Below are positions 1 to 13,700 of a stretch of 64,000 nucleotides of DNA, in pieces (positions within the stretch are counted from its first letter, which is position 1; each line of letters opens with the position of its first letter). The stretch spans positions 1,912,576-1,976,575 of the forward strand of contig JAAOMT010000664.1 of assembly GCA_016748015.1 (NCBI GenBank). The letters are read 5' to 3'. This DNA comes from Geosiphon pyriformis uo1 (Eukaryota > Fungi > Glomeromycota). The notes under the pieces are model-generated. The model saw only the letters and a program-made list of their open reading frames with translations, ran no database searches and was not told where the DNA came from. A program made the translations under genes and the position numbers.

Positions 1-168
1 GCTGTTCATAGGGTTAGTGTTTTGATAAGTGCATAGTGTTGTCTTGATTGGCTCGAATGGCAGGTCACATGTAGCAAATGCGTGAACCATGTTTAGTTGG
101 CTACTTTTCTTTGTAACTTATTCTAGACTTTGGTTGGACTGCACTTGTTAATAAATAATAAAAAAAAA
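1..168 (+). mobile_element. 3' end of a LINE (ORF2 stop, 3' UTR, A/TAA-rich tail), truncated by the window start
   Basis: Reads ...VSVLISA* (TAG ~34-36), then TAGTGTTGTC..GGTCACATGTAG..TTGGACTGCACTTGT and an AATAAATAATAAAAAAA tail. Colinear with the 3' end of LINE-1 (reverse complement of 10604-10760: VSVHIGV*, TAGTGTTGTT..GGTCACGTGTAG..TTGGACTTCACTCGT, (AAT)n). Confidence 0.8.
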
Positions 169-599
169 CTTCTATATACTTATTAAATTTATTAGTAAAT
201 TTTTTGCTATTTTATATACTTATATAATAAAAATAGTTTATAAACAATTATTTATGATTATTAGAAAATGTTTTTATAATAAAAACTATTTCAAAATTTT
301 TTGTTTGTATTATAATATAATTAAGTTTTCAAATTATGTATTTATATATAGTATTACTAAAAAAATTTCTATTTTTTTTAATGTTATTAATATTAATTAT
401 TGTTAATTTTATTATTTAATAAAAATCAATAAACTTTTAATAAGTTTATTTCTTTTTAAAATATTTTTTTATATTTTAAATTGTATATATTATTAAATTT
501 ATAATAAAATAACCACTTTTATATTAATTATTTTATATAATTACTTTGTTATAAAAGTTAAATTTTTATAAAAATTATATATCTATAAGCTTTTTAATA

Positions 600-1157
600 A
601 TATCTAGTTACTTTGTTATAAAATAGCAGTTTTTTAATTCAGTAATTTAAACAATAATGGTCAAAAATTTGGGTTTTTAAAATAAGTTTTATTGAATTAA
701 TTTGTAGTAATTAATTGTTAATTCTACTTAAGATAAAAAAAAAGATATATTTTCTTAAAAAAAAAGTTTTTTTTATACAATCTATTATAATATTATTTTA
801 TAATTTAATACTTTTTTTTTAATATTTTGACAAACTAAAAATATATTTTGGCAAATTACAAATTATTTTTATAAACTATTAATTATTTTTATTATTTTAA
901 TAATTGTTAATATTTTATTAAATTTTATTATTTTGGCAAATTTTTAATTATTATGTAGTTTAATATATTACATAATTTGATCATTACAATTTAGTTATAT
1001 TTGTGTTCTATATAAATTGGATTATTAATTGAATAATAAATTATTAATAATTTAATAAAATGATAATTAATAATTTAAAATAATAATATATGTTAAATAA
1101 TAATAAAAATTATAAAAATTTTATGTTAATTAATAATTTAAATTTTTGCTAATAATA
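600..1157 (-). mobile_element. Heavily decayed family-A LTR, reverse orientation (left boundary uncertain)
   Basis: Colinear by eye with 40130-40649, e.g. caaactaaaaatatattttggcaaattacaaattatt and aattttatgttaattaat..taata terminus. Confidence 0.55.
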
Positions 1158-2149
1158 ATAAGTTAAATATAGTGTATTACTTAGAAATTTGATAAAACTA
1201 ATTAGTATTTAAGCATTTTTAAAAAATGTTTTTTTGTTATTATTGTTAATTGTTTGATTTTTATTGTCTTGTGTTTTAAATATTAATTTATATATTATTA
1301 TTTATAAAAGTTTTATGTTCAAAAATTAATAAAATAAAATAGTCTTAGTATTTAATAATACTAAAATAGCTGTTGTATTTTTAACTAATTTTGTAAAAAA
1401 GTTGGTTTTATATTATAAAAACAAAATTTAATTATATAAATTTAAATATAAAATTATAATAGAAAAAAATAAATTAGTTAAAAATAATTTTCAGTTTTTT
1501 ACAATTTGCAAAATCTTTTAAGTTTTTTGATAAATTGTTATGTTTACTTAAAATTAATAAAGTTTTAATAATAAGTTTTAAGTATTATTATTTATATTTA
1601 TTTTATTTGAATTTTAGTAATATATATAAATATATAATATAGTTTTAATTGACTTAAGTAGTTAGTTATATATAGTTATATATAAGTTATATTTAGTTGA
1701 ACCTACTTAATTTGGTTTTGTATATTAAATAGTAATAAGGCCATATTCATTAAATATTTAAAAAAAAAATGTTATTTAATTTTAGAAGTAAATATTTAAT
1801 GATTTTATTATAAACTTAATAATATAAATAGTTTAAAGTATAAAAAAATACTTTAAAAATAAATAAATTTATTAGAAATTTAATAATCTTTAATAATACA
1901 GAATTAATAATAATTATATTATAAAATATTTTAAATCATTTAATATTAAAAAGTTTGTCAAATATTTTTAAATAGTATTATAATTATATTTTAACTATAA
2001 AATATAATTATAATACAAATTAATAAAATTTTTATTTAAAAAACTCTAAATCATTTAATTTAAAAAAAAATTTGAAATTTTTATCTGTAAACTAATATTT
2101 TAAAATCAATTAGCTATTAATTTTAGTAAATTAATTAGTTTATTTTAAA

Positions 2150-2177
2150 TCTAAAAAATAGTTTTATTATTTATTTA

Positions 2178-2214
<37 letters not shown>

Positions 2215-2477
2215 AAAAGCCTATGATAAATTTTTTGGTATAAGAATTAAATTTTACTGCAAAGTAACTACCACATATTTTAAAGAGCTTATAGTTAAGA
2301 TTTTTGTAAAAAAGTTGGTATAAAATTAACTATTTAATTATAAGTCTAATATTTTACAGATCAAAAATACTTTGATAAAACCATTATTAGAGATTCAAGT
2401 GCTTTTATTAATATTAAAATGTAGCATGAAACCAGTTTTAATAACAACAAAAATAAGTACCAAAACTTTTAGTAACA
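2150..2477 (+). mobile_element. 3' part of a family-A-like LTR ending TAACA, ~330 bp upstream of the DUF4291 start
   Basis: ttttactgcaaagtaactac..catatttt..gagctt, ttattagagattcaa and accaaaacttttagtaaca match the 3' third of solo LTRs 13787-14772 and 26107-27048. Confidence 0.6.
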
Positions 2478-2806
2478 ATGTAATAGAAAAGAAATAAACA
2501 ATTCTGGTAAGCAAAAAAACCATAATAATATGGCAATAACACAAGATTGCAGACCATGATAATAAGATCGTCGATTATTCAGAATTGATCTTCACTTCAA
2601 ATGATTCTTATCTTGGCATAGTGTTTAACTGAGATTAGTGAACGTTTCAAGAATAAAAGATTTTAAGAGGTTGTTTCTTTTGATTTTAACAGTGAAACCA
2701 GCGATTATTTTGAATTTATATGGTGCATATAAATTGAATAAAAATCTCTTTAACAATGCATGTGCGTTTAAATATTTATATATAAGCAGACTGATATTTG
2801 TAAATC

Positions 2807-3533
2807 ATGGATTTCCCAGCCGAACTCTACCTGTCCCAAATCCAAAGGTGGCCTACAAGTGGACGCCACGTCCTAGCCCAATATGATAGAACTTCCATCC
2901 TCGTCTACCAAGCTTTCAAACCCTCGATTGCCCAATATGCTGTCGAAAATCAAAAATTCGGGGGCCCTGATTTTTCTTTGACCCGGATGACATGGATCAA
3001 AACAAATTTCACGTGGATGATGTATCGATCCGGATGGGCTACAAAAAAAAATCAAGAGCGAATTTTGGCCATTCGCCTGAGTAGATATTCCTTTGAAGAA
3101 ATTTTAAATAAGGCTGTGACAACGAGTTTTGGGCAGTCCCGGTTTTTCGGGACGAGGTTGGATTGGCAGATGGCTGGCGAGACGACAAATGTTCGGTTAC
3201 AGTGGGATCCGGATCATGAACTCAATGGAAATAATTTACAACGAAAAGCAATTCAATTGGGCATACGAGGTGATTTGGCAAAGTTATATGCCACTGAATG
3301 GATTTTGAGTATTAAGGATATCACAGATTTTGTGCAGGAACAGTATCAGTTGGTTCAGTCGGGTGATATTAATTTGGTAAAAACTCCTGTTGAAGGTAAA
3401 TTGCTAATTATTCCAACTTGTGTTAAAAATTATTTTTGCTAATATCACTTTATGATATCATACAGATTTGTACCCAGTTCCTGATCAATTGAAACCTCGT
3501 TTGGGACTTGGTATTGATGAGGAGGAACACTGA
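2807..3533 (+). CDS. DUF4291-family protein, 218 aa; exons 2807-3395 and 3466-3533
   Basis: Motifs AQYD..SILVYQAF, RMTWIKTNFTWMMYRSGWATKKNQERILA and VRLQWDPDH..KAIQLGI are characteristic of DUF4291. Intron 3396-3465 (GTAAAT..GCTAAT..TACAG) restores the C-terminus PVEDLYPVPDQLKPRLGLGIDEEEH*. CpGs are retained. Confidence 0.88.
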
Positions 3534-4419
3534 GATCTTTTTGGGTGGTATTGTGTAAAGTAAATAGCAACAATAAAAAGTTAATCTTTGTTTTTGAGAT
3601 TTTATGCCATATCGTACCATTACATTTAATTTAAAGGTAATATTTTTATTGTTAAAATTAATTTCTCTTACAAATAATAAAGGCGAATTGTATATTAATT
3701 TCTTTTTCATGTTTAATTGGTCATTTATGATCTCTTAATATTTTAAAGCTATTTTGCATCAAAATTTGGTATGTATTTTATTTTTTTATAAATTTTTCAT
3801 ATATTGTTAATAATTAATTTTTTATTAATTATTGATTAATATAACTTTTTTAATTTCATTGTTTAAACCAGATTTTTTGGCTATTTTTTTATAATCCAAA
3901 ATAAATTTAATAAAAAATAAAATTTAAATAGTTTAAAACAATTTAAAATAATAAATATTAACTTAATTTAAACAATTTAATAAAATACAAATTCAAAACA
4001 AAAATTCATTTGTTAAATATAAATGTCTTATCTTATTACTAATATTTAATATTTAATATACATAATAAATATTGAACTTTTTTTTTATATTTTTATGATT
4101 ACAACCAAAGCAATAAGTAAAAAAATTGCAACTATTTTATTTTTGAAAAAACCAATAATATTTTTATTAATTAATATTTACAACTATAAAATTATTTAAT
4201 AGTATTTTGTAAAAATATTTTTCTTAATAAATTAGTTACTAATTAGTTTTTTATTGGTTTTAAAGCACTTTTTTTGGCTTTAAGTAAAAGTTTTTTTTTT
4301 CTAAATTTTTTTTAAAGTGTTTAATTAAAATTAATTTTAATGTAATTGTTATTATTATAAAAATTTTTAGAACTTTAATAGCAAATTAGTAATTAAATTA
4401 TTATTTTTTATTTTTATTT

Positions 4420-5090
4420 TTTTTATTAAACTTTAATAAATATGGTTTAATTACTATTTAGAAATTAAAAACAAACTAAATATTCTAATATTAAATGTAC
4501 TTTATGTATTTTCTACATATAATTAACTATTTAAGTTAGTTCAGATTATATTATGTTGATATTTTAAAAGAAAACTTATTTAAAGAAAACATTTTTTAAA
4601 CAATTTTAAACAATATAATACTATTATTAACCAATTCAACCAGTTATTTAGCTGTTTTTAAGATATTAGTCTTAACACTAATAAGTTTATGTTTTTATAG
4701 TAACATTAAATTAAAAAACATATCATTATTAACTGCAAACAAATTTACATAAAAGCCAAACATATTAATGTTTTTATAGTCATATTCAGTTTTCAAAACA
4801 ATTATTTTTTATTTCAACTTACTAACTACTTTGCTAAAGATATCTATATATACTAAAATCTCATTAATTCTAAGGTTAAATGCACTACTTAAAACTAAAT
4901 TTTTATTAACAAACTGTTTAAACACAACAATCAAAAAATTAACTGGTTTAATAATAGACTCAACCAATACAAAAAACTTGACCAAATTAGATTTCAGAGA
5001 AACTAATCAAAAAAAATCATAAAGTTATCAATTACTATATTAATAGAAAGAACAAAACCAATCAAAAAATTAAAAACTAAAAAAAACACA
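4420..5090 (-). mobile_element. Decayed, internally deleted LINE fragment (3' UTR plus start of RNase H)
   Basis: 4500-4550 (tatgtattttctacatataattaactatttaagttagttcaga) matches LINE-1 3' UTR 10697-10740 with C>T/G>A changes. The reverse strand at ~4835-4862 gives EILVYIDISL, a relic of the RNase H YTDGS motif. Confidence 0.55.
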
Positions 5091-5099
5091 AGTAGAATT

Positions 5100-6950
5100 T
5101 TGATTAAACTAAATCAAACCAAACTAATTTTTCAAAATAGGTTTAATTTGAGTTTGGTATTGAATCTTTTTGACAAATCTAAGTTTGGTTCAAGTTTGAT
5201 TTGAAGTTTACAAACTTGATAAAATTAAAAAATATATATAATTTGTATTATTTGTTCATTATTATTATTTTGTTTAATTACTATAATTAATTAAAAAAGT
5301 ATATAAAACTATGTATATATAATAACTCCACTCTTCAACTTACTAAAATAAATTCATTGTTGGCATTATCTAATATTACCAAAGATTCAAAATCCAAAAT
5401 AATAGAATTTAATAACTTAAAAAGTCTAAATATTAATATATTTGGTAAATATAGTTTTCAAAATAAAGTATAAAACTATTTTAATAAGTTTAAATAAACA
5501 AAAAAAAAACAGCTAAATATACAGTTTTAAAATATGTATATAAACCATTTTCTTATAAAATTATAGGCACTACTAAACCCTTATAACATCATTTAAAGGC
5601 TTTCACTAAACAATATATATTACAATAAAAGAATATTATAAGAAAAGACAAAATGTTTAGAAAAATTATAAGTTAATTAACAGATAAGATTGCTATTTTT
5701 TTTAAAATTTTTGGCCAATCTAACTAGAAAACTGCTTTAGCTTTTTGTAGTAACTGTTATTAATATTGATAATAAAAAACTTTGTAACATAATTACTATT
5801 TAGTTTATTAACTGCCAGTAATTACTTATTATAGTAAAAGATCCTAAATTAATCAAAATATTTTAATATTTAAACCCCATTTCTCAATCTGTTTGTGTTA
5901 ATACAATTAAAAATAAAGTCATAGAACTCTATGTTTTGGATAAACAAAAACTAAAAATAAACACTACCTTTATTATAAAATGTTTTTTTTATTTATACTT
6001 ATAATATAATAAGCATACTTAAGTATTATTAAGTCTAAAATTTTTTTTATATCAAATCTTTAAACATTTTCCAATAATAAAGTTTTTGTTTTTATTATTA
6101 CTTATTATATTAATAACAATTAGAACTTTTAATAAACAATAATTAATTTTGGATTAATAAATAGATAATATAATGAAATAAGTATTACAAATAGATTTTT
6201 TAAAGTAATAAAAGATTATAAAATTACATCAAAGATACATATATATATTTTTACATAAATTTGGATTAGTTAATAACCAATAATAAGATTGACATATTAT
6301 ACAGCATATTAGTATTATCTAAAATTCAAAATTATTATAATGCTTATATTATTAAAAATTGTATTTTTTTAATATTGGCTTAAATTAGTTTCATTATTGC
6401 TCCAGAACTGAATTTTCAGTATTAATATTATTTAAAATTCAGAGTTATTACAAAGCCTATATTATTAAAAATTACATTTTTTCAATATTGGTTTAAGTTG
6501 ATTTTTATTATTATTCTAAAGCTGAAATTTTGGCATTAATATTATCTAAAACTTAGAGTTATTATAGTGCTCATATCATTAAAAACTACATTTTTTTAAT
6601 ATTAGCTTAAGTGGTTTTCATTATTGTCTCAAGCTGAATTTTTAGCCAAAAAAGTTAAGAAAAAAGTTTAAGAAAGAATTATATTTACTTTTTTTTTATA
6701 TGAATTTATTATTAATTTTATTAGTTATAACTTAATTTTTTTTTGATAATTTCTTGTTATTATTCTCAATAATATTGCAAATAATAGTACTTTTATAAAA
6801 GAATTAGTAAGAAAATTAGAAAAAAAAACATTTAATAAAACTCAGAAGATTTTTAATTTTGATACTTTGATCATATTCTAAACTTAATAATACAAGTGAT
6901 TTTAGATAAAATAAAAAATGATGTTTTCAAAATATTTGTTAAAAACCCAA
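5100..6950 (+). pseudogene. hAT DNA transposon relic: subterminal repeats plus BED-finger/DDE transposase pseudogene, interrupted at 6956
   Basis: CpG-decayed AACCG/TTCGG-type subterminal repeats at 5100-5220. BED finger KV*NYFNKF..GTTKPL*HHL (~5465-5600); IVKDPKLIKIF*YLNP..NTIKNKVIELY; relics of SDLWTS..ITAHYIDNNW (~6050-6240) and ITLDNA.NN..FRCFGHILNL (~6755-6900). Confidence 0.75.
6308..6646. repeat. Three diverged tandem copies of a ~113-bp unit inside the hAT relic
   Basis: Units start at 6308, 6421 and 6535: ATTARTATTATYTAAAAYTYARA..TATTAAAAAYTRYATTTTTT.AATATTRG..CTGAA.TTT. Confidence 0.85.
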
Positions 6951-6955
6951 ACCAA

Positions 6956-7601
6956 TATTACCTAAGTAAAAAAACCAATTTAAAAAATATTAGAAAAAAC
7001 ATGATTAAAAATGTGATAACTTAGAAAAACTTAATAATATAAAATAACACAAAATAATATATTATAACTTAAGATAATACAAAATAACACACAATAATAT
7101 AAAATAATTAACTATAATATAAGATAACTAGTTATAATATAAAAAAATAAAGTAACAACAGAAATAGCAAACAATAGCTAGTAATAATAAGTAATTAAAA
7201 ACAATCTTGTAAAACTAAAAATATAAATAAAAATGAGTAGTTTTAGCAAAAAAAAAGACAGACAATCAAATAAAAAGACAGATAGATAGAAAAATATATT
7301 TTTTTACTCATATTTATTAGATTTACTTTACTTATATATTTATATTATTTTAAATAAAGAAAATATTTAAAACTTAAACTTACTTATATATTATTTATGA
7401 ATTTTGTATTTAATCTAAACTAATTATTTTCTTATCTTTATTTGTGGCAAAATGTTTTTAACATAAAACTGCTTTAAACAATAACAACTTAGACCAATTG
7501 TTTTTAATTATGACAATTGGCAAAACTAATTTTCTTTTATTTTTTTTATTTTTATTTTTATTTTTTATTTTATTTTATTTTATTTTTTTTTTGTAAAACA
7601 G
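6956..7601 (+). mobile_element. 5' portion of a family-C LTR
   Basis: Starts TATTACCTAAGTAAAAAAACCAATT (decayed TGTTA); colinear with the reverse complement of 55134-56128. Confidence 0.75.
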
Positions 7602-8060
7602 TATTACAAATAATTATTTAGGGTGTTGAAACAAATAACAAATCCATAACTTGGTATTTAATAGCTAAGAATATTGGTAATTTTTAAAGATTTTGGAGTC
7701 TGAAGGTTTTGGTTAAGTTCTTTGTATAATAAACAAAGATTTAATTAATGGTTTTTTCTGTGAATTTTTTTTTTAGTATGGTAGCCAGTTTATTCTAGCA
7801 GTTATACTTTTCTGATAAGTTATTTTTATGTTTTTTACCCTTGTTTTTGGGTTTTTTACCAAATTATTCTTGACATCAATTATTTAATGCTTAATTTTTT
7901 TAATCAATTAATAAACAACAAAATAAACAAAATAAAATAAAATAAAATAAAATAAAAAGAAAATAAGAAAAAAAATAAAAAATTAATATTCTATTAATAG
8001 CCATGATTAAAAATTATTGGTTCAGTATAGTTAAATATTGAATTCTATTAACATGTAATA
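7602..8060 (-). mobile_element. 3' half of a family-B/D LTR inserted antisense into the family-C LTR
   Basis: Reverse complement ends agctattaaataccaagttatggatttgttatttgtttcaacacc.taaataattatttgtaata, the same as the LTR ends at 27312, 36484 and 58992. Confidence 0.75.
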
Positions 8061-8074
8061 TTTGTTAAAGAAAA

Positions 8075-8890
8075 AAAAAACCCAATTGAAAAAAAATATT
8101 CATTTAATCTCTATTGGTTAATTATTTGACAAAATTAGTATAGATATTGTTGAATTCTTAATAATAACTTCTAATAATAATAAATATATTATTACAGCTA
8201 CTAATTATCTTATAAAATAAGTAGAAAAAAGAGTCACTCTAAACCAAACAGTAATTTGTATAGCTAATTTCATATATAAAAATAGTATTTGTTGTCATAA
8301 TTGCTCTAAAAAACTTTTATTTGATAAAAAAAAAGCTTTTTCTAGTACATTAATTGAAAAACTTTGTAGAAAAATAAGAATATATTATAAACTTTTTTCT
8401 TTTTATTACTTTTAAACAAATAACTTAATAGAATATTTCAATAAAACACTATATGAAACCTTAACCAAAACCAGTAAAAAAACAAATTTATAAAACAAAA
8501 TACTGTTTTTAACTTTGTTTGCTTATAAAACTGTAAATCATAACATAATAAGTTATAAATCTTTTTGTTTGTTTTATAAACAAATAGCAACTTTATTAGT
8601 AGAAACAAACATTGAAACAATACTTTTTAAAAAAAGTAGAATAAAAAATTACAAAAACATTTTACAAAGAAAACTTGATATTATTTTTGACTTTTTGATA
8701 ATAGCATAAATAATTATTTTTGAAAAAATACAACAGTTTCAAGAGAAGTTTAAGAAAAAAAAAACTTATAAAACACTTTTTTTAAGTATTAGTAACTTAG
8801 TTTTAAAATACTGCTTAAACAAAAATAATGTTTATAATAATAAATTTTCTAGCCAATGGAAAAAATTTTTTATAATTAACTAAGTTTTGG
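8075..8890 (+). pseudogene. Decayed Gypsy-type integrase fragment
   Basis: Relics FDKISIDIVEFL, YIITATNYL, QTNNLIEYFNKTL, FAYKTVNHNIISYKSFCLFYKQIATL, and a GPF-module remnant near 8780-8880. Confidence 0.7.
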
Positions 8891-9142
8891 TCTTTTAGAT
8901 ACAAAGCTTATTTTACTTTAGATATTATATATTTTATCTACAAAAAATTTTAATAAACCAGTTAGTTTTGAATTAGATAAAATTTTTTAATTAAATTATC
9001 TTATAAATAGCTTGATTTTACTAAAGCTTAATCTTTTTAAAAAGAATAATATTATGATTAAAAACCATACTTTTTATTAATTATTATATGTATTAGCTAT
9101 TAATAACATATAATTAGTCATCTTATTTTTAGATAGTAATTA

Positions 9143-9231
9143 TTGACTTAATCAATAATCTGATCATTAATTTGACTATTAATCTGATTATTAACTTGAT
9201 TATTAACTTAATCAATAATCTAATTATTGAC
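9143..9231. repeat. ~7 degenerate copies of a 12-bp unit (AAYYTRAYYAWT)
   Basis: aatctgatcatt aatttgactatt aatctgattatt aacttgattatt aacttaatcaat aatctaattatt. Confidence 0.65.
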
Positions 9232-10744
9232 TATTTTTAATAACTATATAAGCAATAAGTTTTTTTGCTATAAAAAAACATAATCAAAATAATAAAATAA
9301 AACTTATTATTAATTACTTTTTCTTATATTGCTTATTCTTTTTTCTTTATTTTCAAGTATCTGAACATCTTAGAATAAAAAATTATTTGTTAGTCTTTAC
9401 ATATCTTATCTTTTTTTTTTGATTTGTATTGTTAGAATTAGTCTGAGAAGTAATTGCTTACTTTTGTGATTTATTAAATAAAAAAACAATTAAAAAGCAT
9501 AACAATATCTGTTATTAATTTTAAAAATCACTAAGTTAAAACATAGAATAATAGCAGTAATATTATCTTATTGACAATTATAAACTATTCTTTTATCTTT
9601 AAATCTTCCAAAAAAATTTACAATTGTGATTTTTATAAGATTGATCATGCATATTAAATTCTTACTTATTTAATTTGCTTCTTTATTATAATTTTCTTTT
9701 TGATTAATTTTATTATTCTACAATTTTGTTTTCTTTTGCTATTTGTTAACTTGTTATTTCAATTTGTAATAATATAATTATTTCTAAATAATAATAAACA
9801 AATAATAATATAAAGTTTATATAAAATAAAAATACAAATTTATTATAAATTTATTTATATAACTAAAAACTATATATAAGTCAAAATATTAAACTAAAAA
9901 AATTTAAATCCAATTAATATTTTTTAACAAATTTTTATTAATAACTTTAATTTTAGATTAAGTTAACAAAACTCCACAAATTATAAGCATTTATACTTAT
10001 TAAAAAAGTATAAAACAGTACTTTATGCACATTTTTGATATTTTATAAAAGCTTATTAATATTAGTTTTAATTATATAAATTAGATTTTTTTTAAAAAAA
10101 TAGATTATTTAAATATTAAGTTATTAGTTTAATTCTAATTATTAAACTTTACAATAGCTTTTTGCTATAATTCTATTAATTATATTTTAAATAATCTAAT
10201 ATTATTATACTTAATAAATGTAGTATATACAATTTTTATAAATGTTTTTACAAAAATTTTTTTAATAATTACTGTTTAATTTGTGTGATTATTTATTGAT
10301 TTTTTAAAATTGATATTTATTATAATATCTTTATTATTAGTTAATTTGAATATATCTATTATTATTTTTTCTAAAATAAACAATATTTAAATAATTTTAC
10401 TGAATTTTAAAAAAGTAGATATTTTTTCAAAATTATTTATATCTAAAAATAATTTTTTAATAGTTTTTAATTTTTTCTAAAAAAAAATTTTATTTATAAT
10501 TAAAAAAATTAATATTTAAAACAATAATTTGTAAACAGATATATTAATTAACAACTTAAAAAAAAAGATTTATTCAAGATATTATTATTATAATTATTAA
10601 TTTTTATTATTATTATTATTATTATTATTTTACGAGTGAAGTCCAAACGCTACTTAGCACTATATATTATACAAATAATCTAAACTAAGTATGAATGATG
10701 TACTTTCTACACGTGACCAGTCACTTGGATCAGTCAGAACAACA

Positions 10745-13700
10745 CTACACACCTATATGCACAGAGACTGTGTCCCCAATACCCGAAAAGAACAAACAAA
10801 GCTTGCAAAACCCAAAACTAACCCCAAAAGCTTCAGCAATACCCAACAGCCTAATCACACCAGCCGAGAATGCCACAGACAAACCAGAAATTGACATAAG
10901 AATGGACCCATCATGTGGGATTAAACCACGCCTCTCCATAAACGCCTAGTATTTGGCGTGGACCAACCAGATGTCATCCCAAAATGCAAGACAAAACTCA
11001 TGCACAAAGCCCACAATCCTTTTAGTACTTTCCTTAGAATCTTTAAAAACTGAGACAGACTCCTAAAACCAGTTATCGAAAACAAAGCCCTTACACAAAG
11101 CAACACCAATTTCAACCTCAGAAATACAAAAAGCCAACACCTGTAAGACACATGAAGAAGAGCAAAATAGACCAGAAAGAGCCTCCCAAGCTGAAGCATG
11201 AGTGTCCAACAAACAAACATGGCCTGCAGCATCTTGAGAACACAAAAAGACGTGATCTGAGATCTCAACATCACCACAGAACAGACAGACCACACTGGGA
11301 TATCTCCTATCATATAAATGCTTGTGCACAACAACAGGAAGCCAATGATGGAAAGCCTTCATAAAGTAAGTACGACAACTTGCCATGCGCATGCTGGTGA
11401 AACTGGAGGCCAAGTGAGAATCAGTGTGCCATATCATAGAAGACTTAAACCAATTGACATCAGCATGGAAACTATTAGCCACAACACAAGAACCAACTCC
11501 AACCTCCCAATGAGCATGATGAACTGATTGGAAAATATTGCGAACAAAGTGTCTAGAATTACCAGAAACCACTGTACCACCAGTGCACAGAAAACATTCA
11601 CTAACTAAATGAGATAGACACCAAGCAGAAAGAGCAGCATCTTTGGCAAGTGTATCAGCATGCTCATTGCCTAAGACACCTGAATGACCTTTTACCTTAA
11701 CCCAATTCATATCCAAATTTTTTTGACAAATAATAGTAGCAATGTGGTAATGCTCGATCCAACAGTGGTTTCTGAAATCCGAACAAACCAGCAAAAATTC
11801 CGATCTACATGCATCCAAAGCAGCTTGGCTATCCGAAAACAAGTCAATTGAATGAGAAAAAGAAACACACTCAAGGGCCAAAGCTATGGCTTGCAGCTCC
11901 GTTAGAGTGGAAGAAACCAAACTGGACACTTCTACCCCCAAACCCAAGTTAATGTTCTCAAAAAAAATGGTAGCACCTGCTTTCACATCAACAGTGCCTA
12001 GACCAGACAGAGACCTATCCATATATACAGAAAGGCAGGCAGCATTAATGGTCAGCAGAGTGTCACAAACCACACCAAAATCATGAGAGAGACAAATATC
12101 TGACACAGCATGACCATCCACCAAAGAAGAACTTGAGGAGAGGGGACTAACACCACCAAGAAAGCGAATGGAGAGATCAAACCAGAAAAAGATTGGGCCA
12201 CAAGGGTCTAGCCTCTTCCAACACTTGAAAGCTTTCCAACTAAAAACATCACCATTACGGTCACAAAGCTGTTCCACAAAAGCAATTCCATAACGTTTGA
12301 GTGAAGAGACACATCTGAGAAAACAGGATTCACCAAGAACCAAAGACATAGGAGTACCATACTGACAGTGAAAAGCACAAGCCAGAAAGCCACCCAAAGA
12401 CAAATTACATCTGGAAAAAATACAAACCACATCAGCCAAAAAATTGTTTGAGGGATTGACACCAATACAAAATGAAAACAGCAAAGGATGACATGGGTGC
12501 CAGCTGAGAACTTGAAGATCATGAGACCTATGAAAAAAAAGACAACCCAAAATACCAGCAGAATTTGTGAAAGTAATAGTGGATGCCAATTTACTCTCAG
12601 CCTAAATCTGCTCAAAAGTCTTTAAATCATACAATGAGGGGTGGTACAGTACATCATTGAGAAAATCATGGGACAACCCAGACTTAAATTTCAAGATCTT
12701 GTGTACTAGAGCATCCTATTTGTTACTAACATTTACAGAAATGAAATTAAACTGAGTTCTATAGCTGATGATAGGAAAAAAAACCATGGACACCAAATAT
12801 GCACACTGCTTATCAGAAACTGTCTTTCTTAAAACTAGATTCACAAAAAACCGCACATCCGCCTGGGCTTTAGCTAAGCTGGACTTTGAAAGACCCTCAG
12901 AAAATAAAAAAATGCCTAGATAACAATGAGATTCCCCTTTCTTGGCAATAAAAATAGGCACACCACTGATAGTCAAATGAGGGTCCAACACCTGGCAATT
13001 GATGGGGATGGTCATTGTTTTGTCATTATTTACAGAAATATCATTAAACTTGAAAAACTCACTAGTAACATCAAAGATGCATTGTGTAGCAGCCTGACTG
13101 CTACCAACCCAAATAGTATCATCAACAAAAGCGCCAGCAGCAAAAAACAAAAACAGCCCAGCTTGAGGATCCACCCAGCCAGTTTTGAATATAAAATAAG
13201 AATTCAACCTGTAGCCATACACACTATTCTGTTTTTTGACTTTACACAAAAGTGAATCATAGAATATATGCCAGAGAAGAGAAGAGAAAACTTCCCCTTG
13301 GTCCAGCCTATCATGAACACAATATCCATCAGTTAGGCCAAAGTCAGTCATCACTCTGTTAACGTGACTATTGTGAATGCTGCCAAAAAATCTAATAAAC
13401 CTCTCACACATCTTAATCCTAACCAGACTTCTCCTAAGATGTTCTCAACTGACTGAGTCATAAGCCTTACGCATGTCTTGTAAAACCAACCAGAGTTCTT
13501 AGTTTTTCTCCAGGGCATCTTTAATCACTGAACCAACAGCAAAAATGGGAGACTGGATTGTTGTACCTTTTATAACTGAAAAATTGTCACTGCGAAGGAC
13601 ATCAAAAGTGCTACAAGCCAAAAAAATCCTATCTGAAAGGATCTTGGAAAGAATCTTGCAGACTGTTTCAATTAAAGCAATATGATGAGTGTTTGTAAGA

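Noticed and set aside
2807-3442. 211-aa unspliced ORF from the track
   Set aside because: It reads into a GT-AG intron with a branch site; the spliced form restores the family-like PVEDLYP C-terminus.
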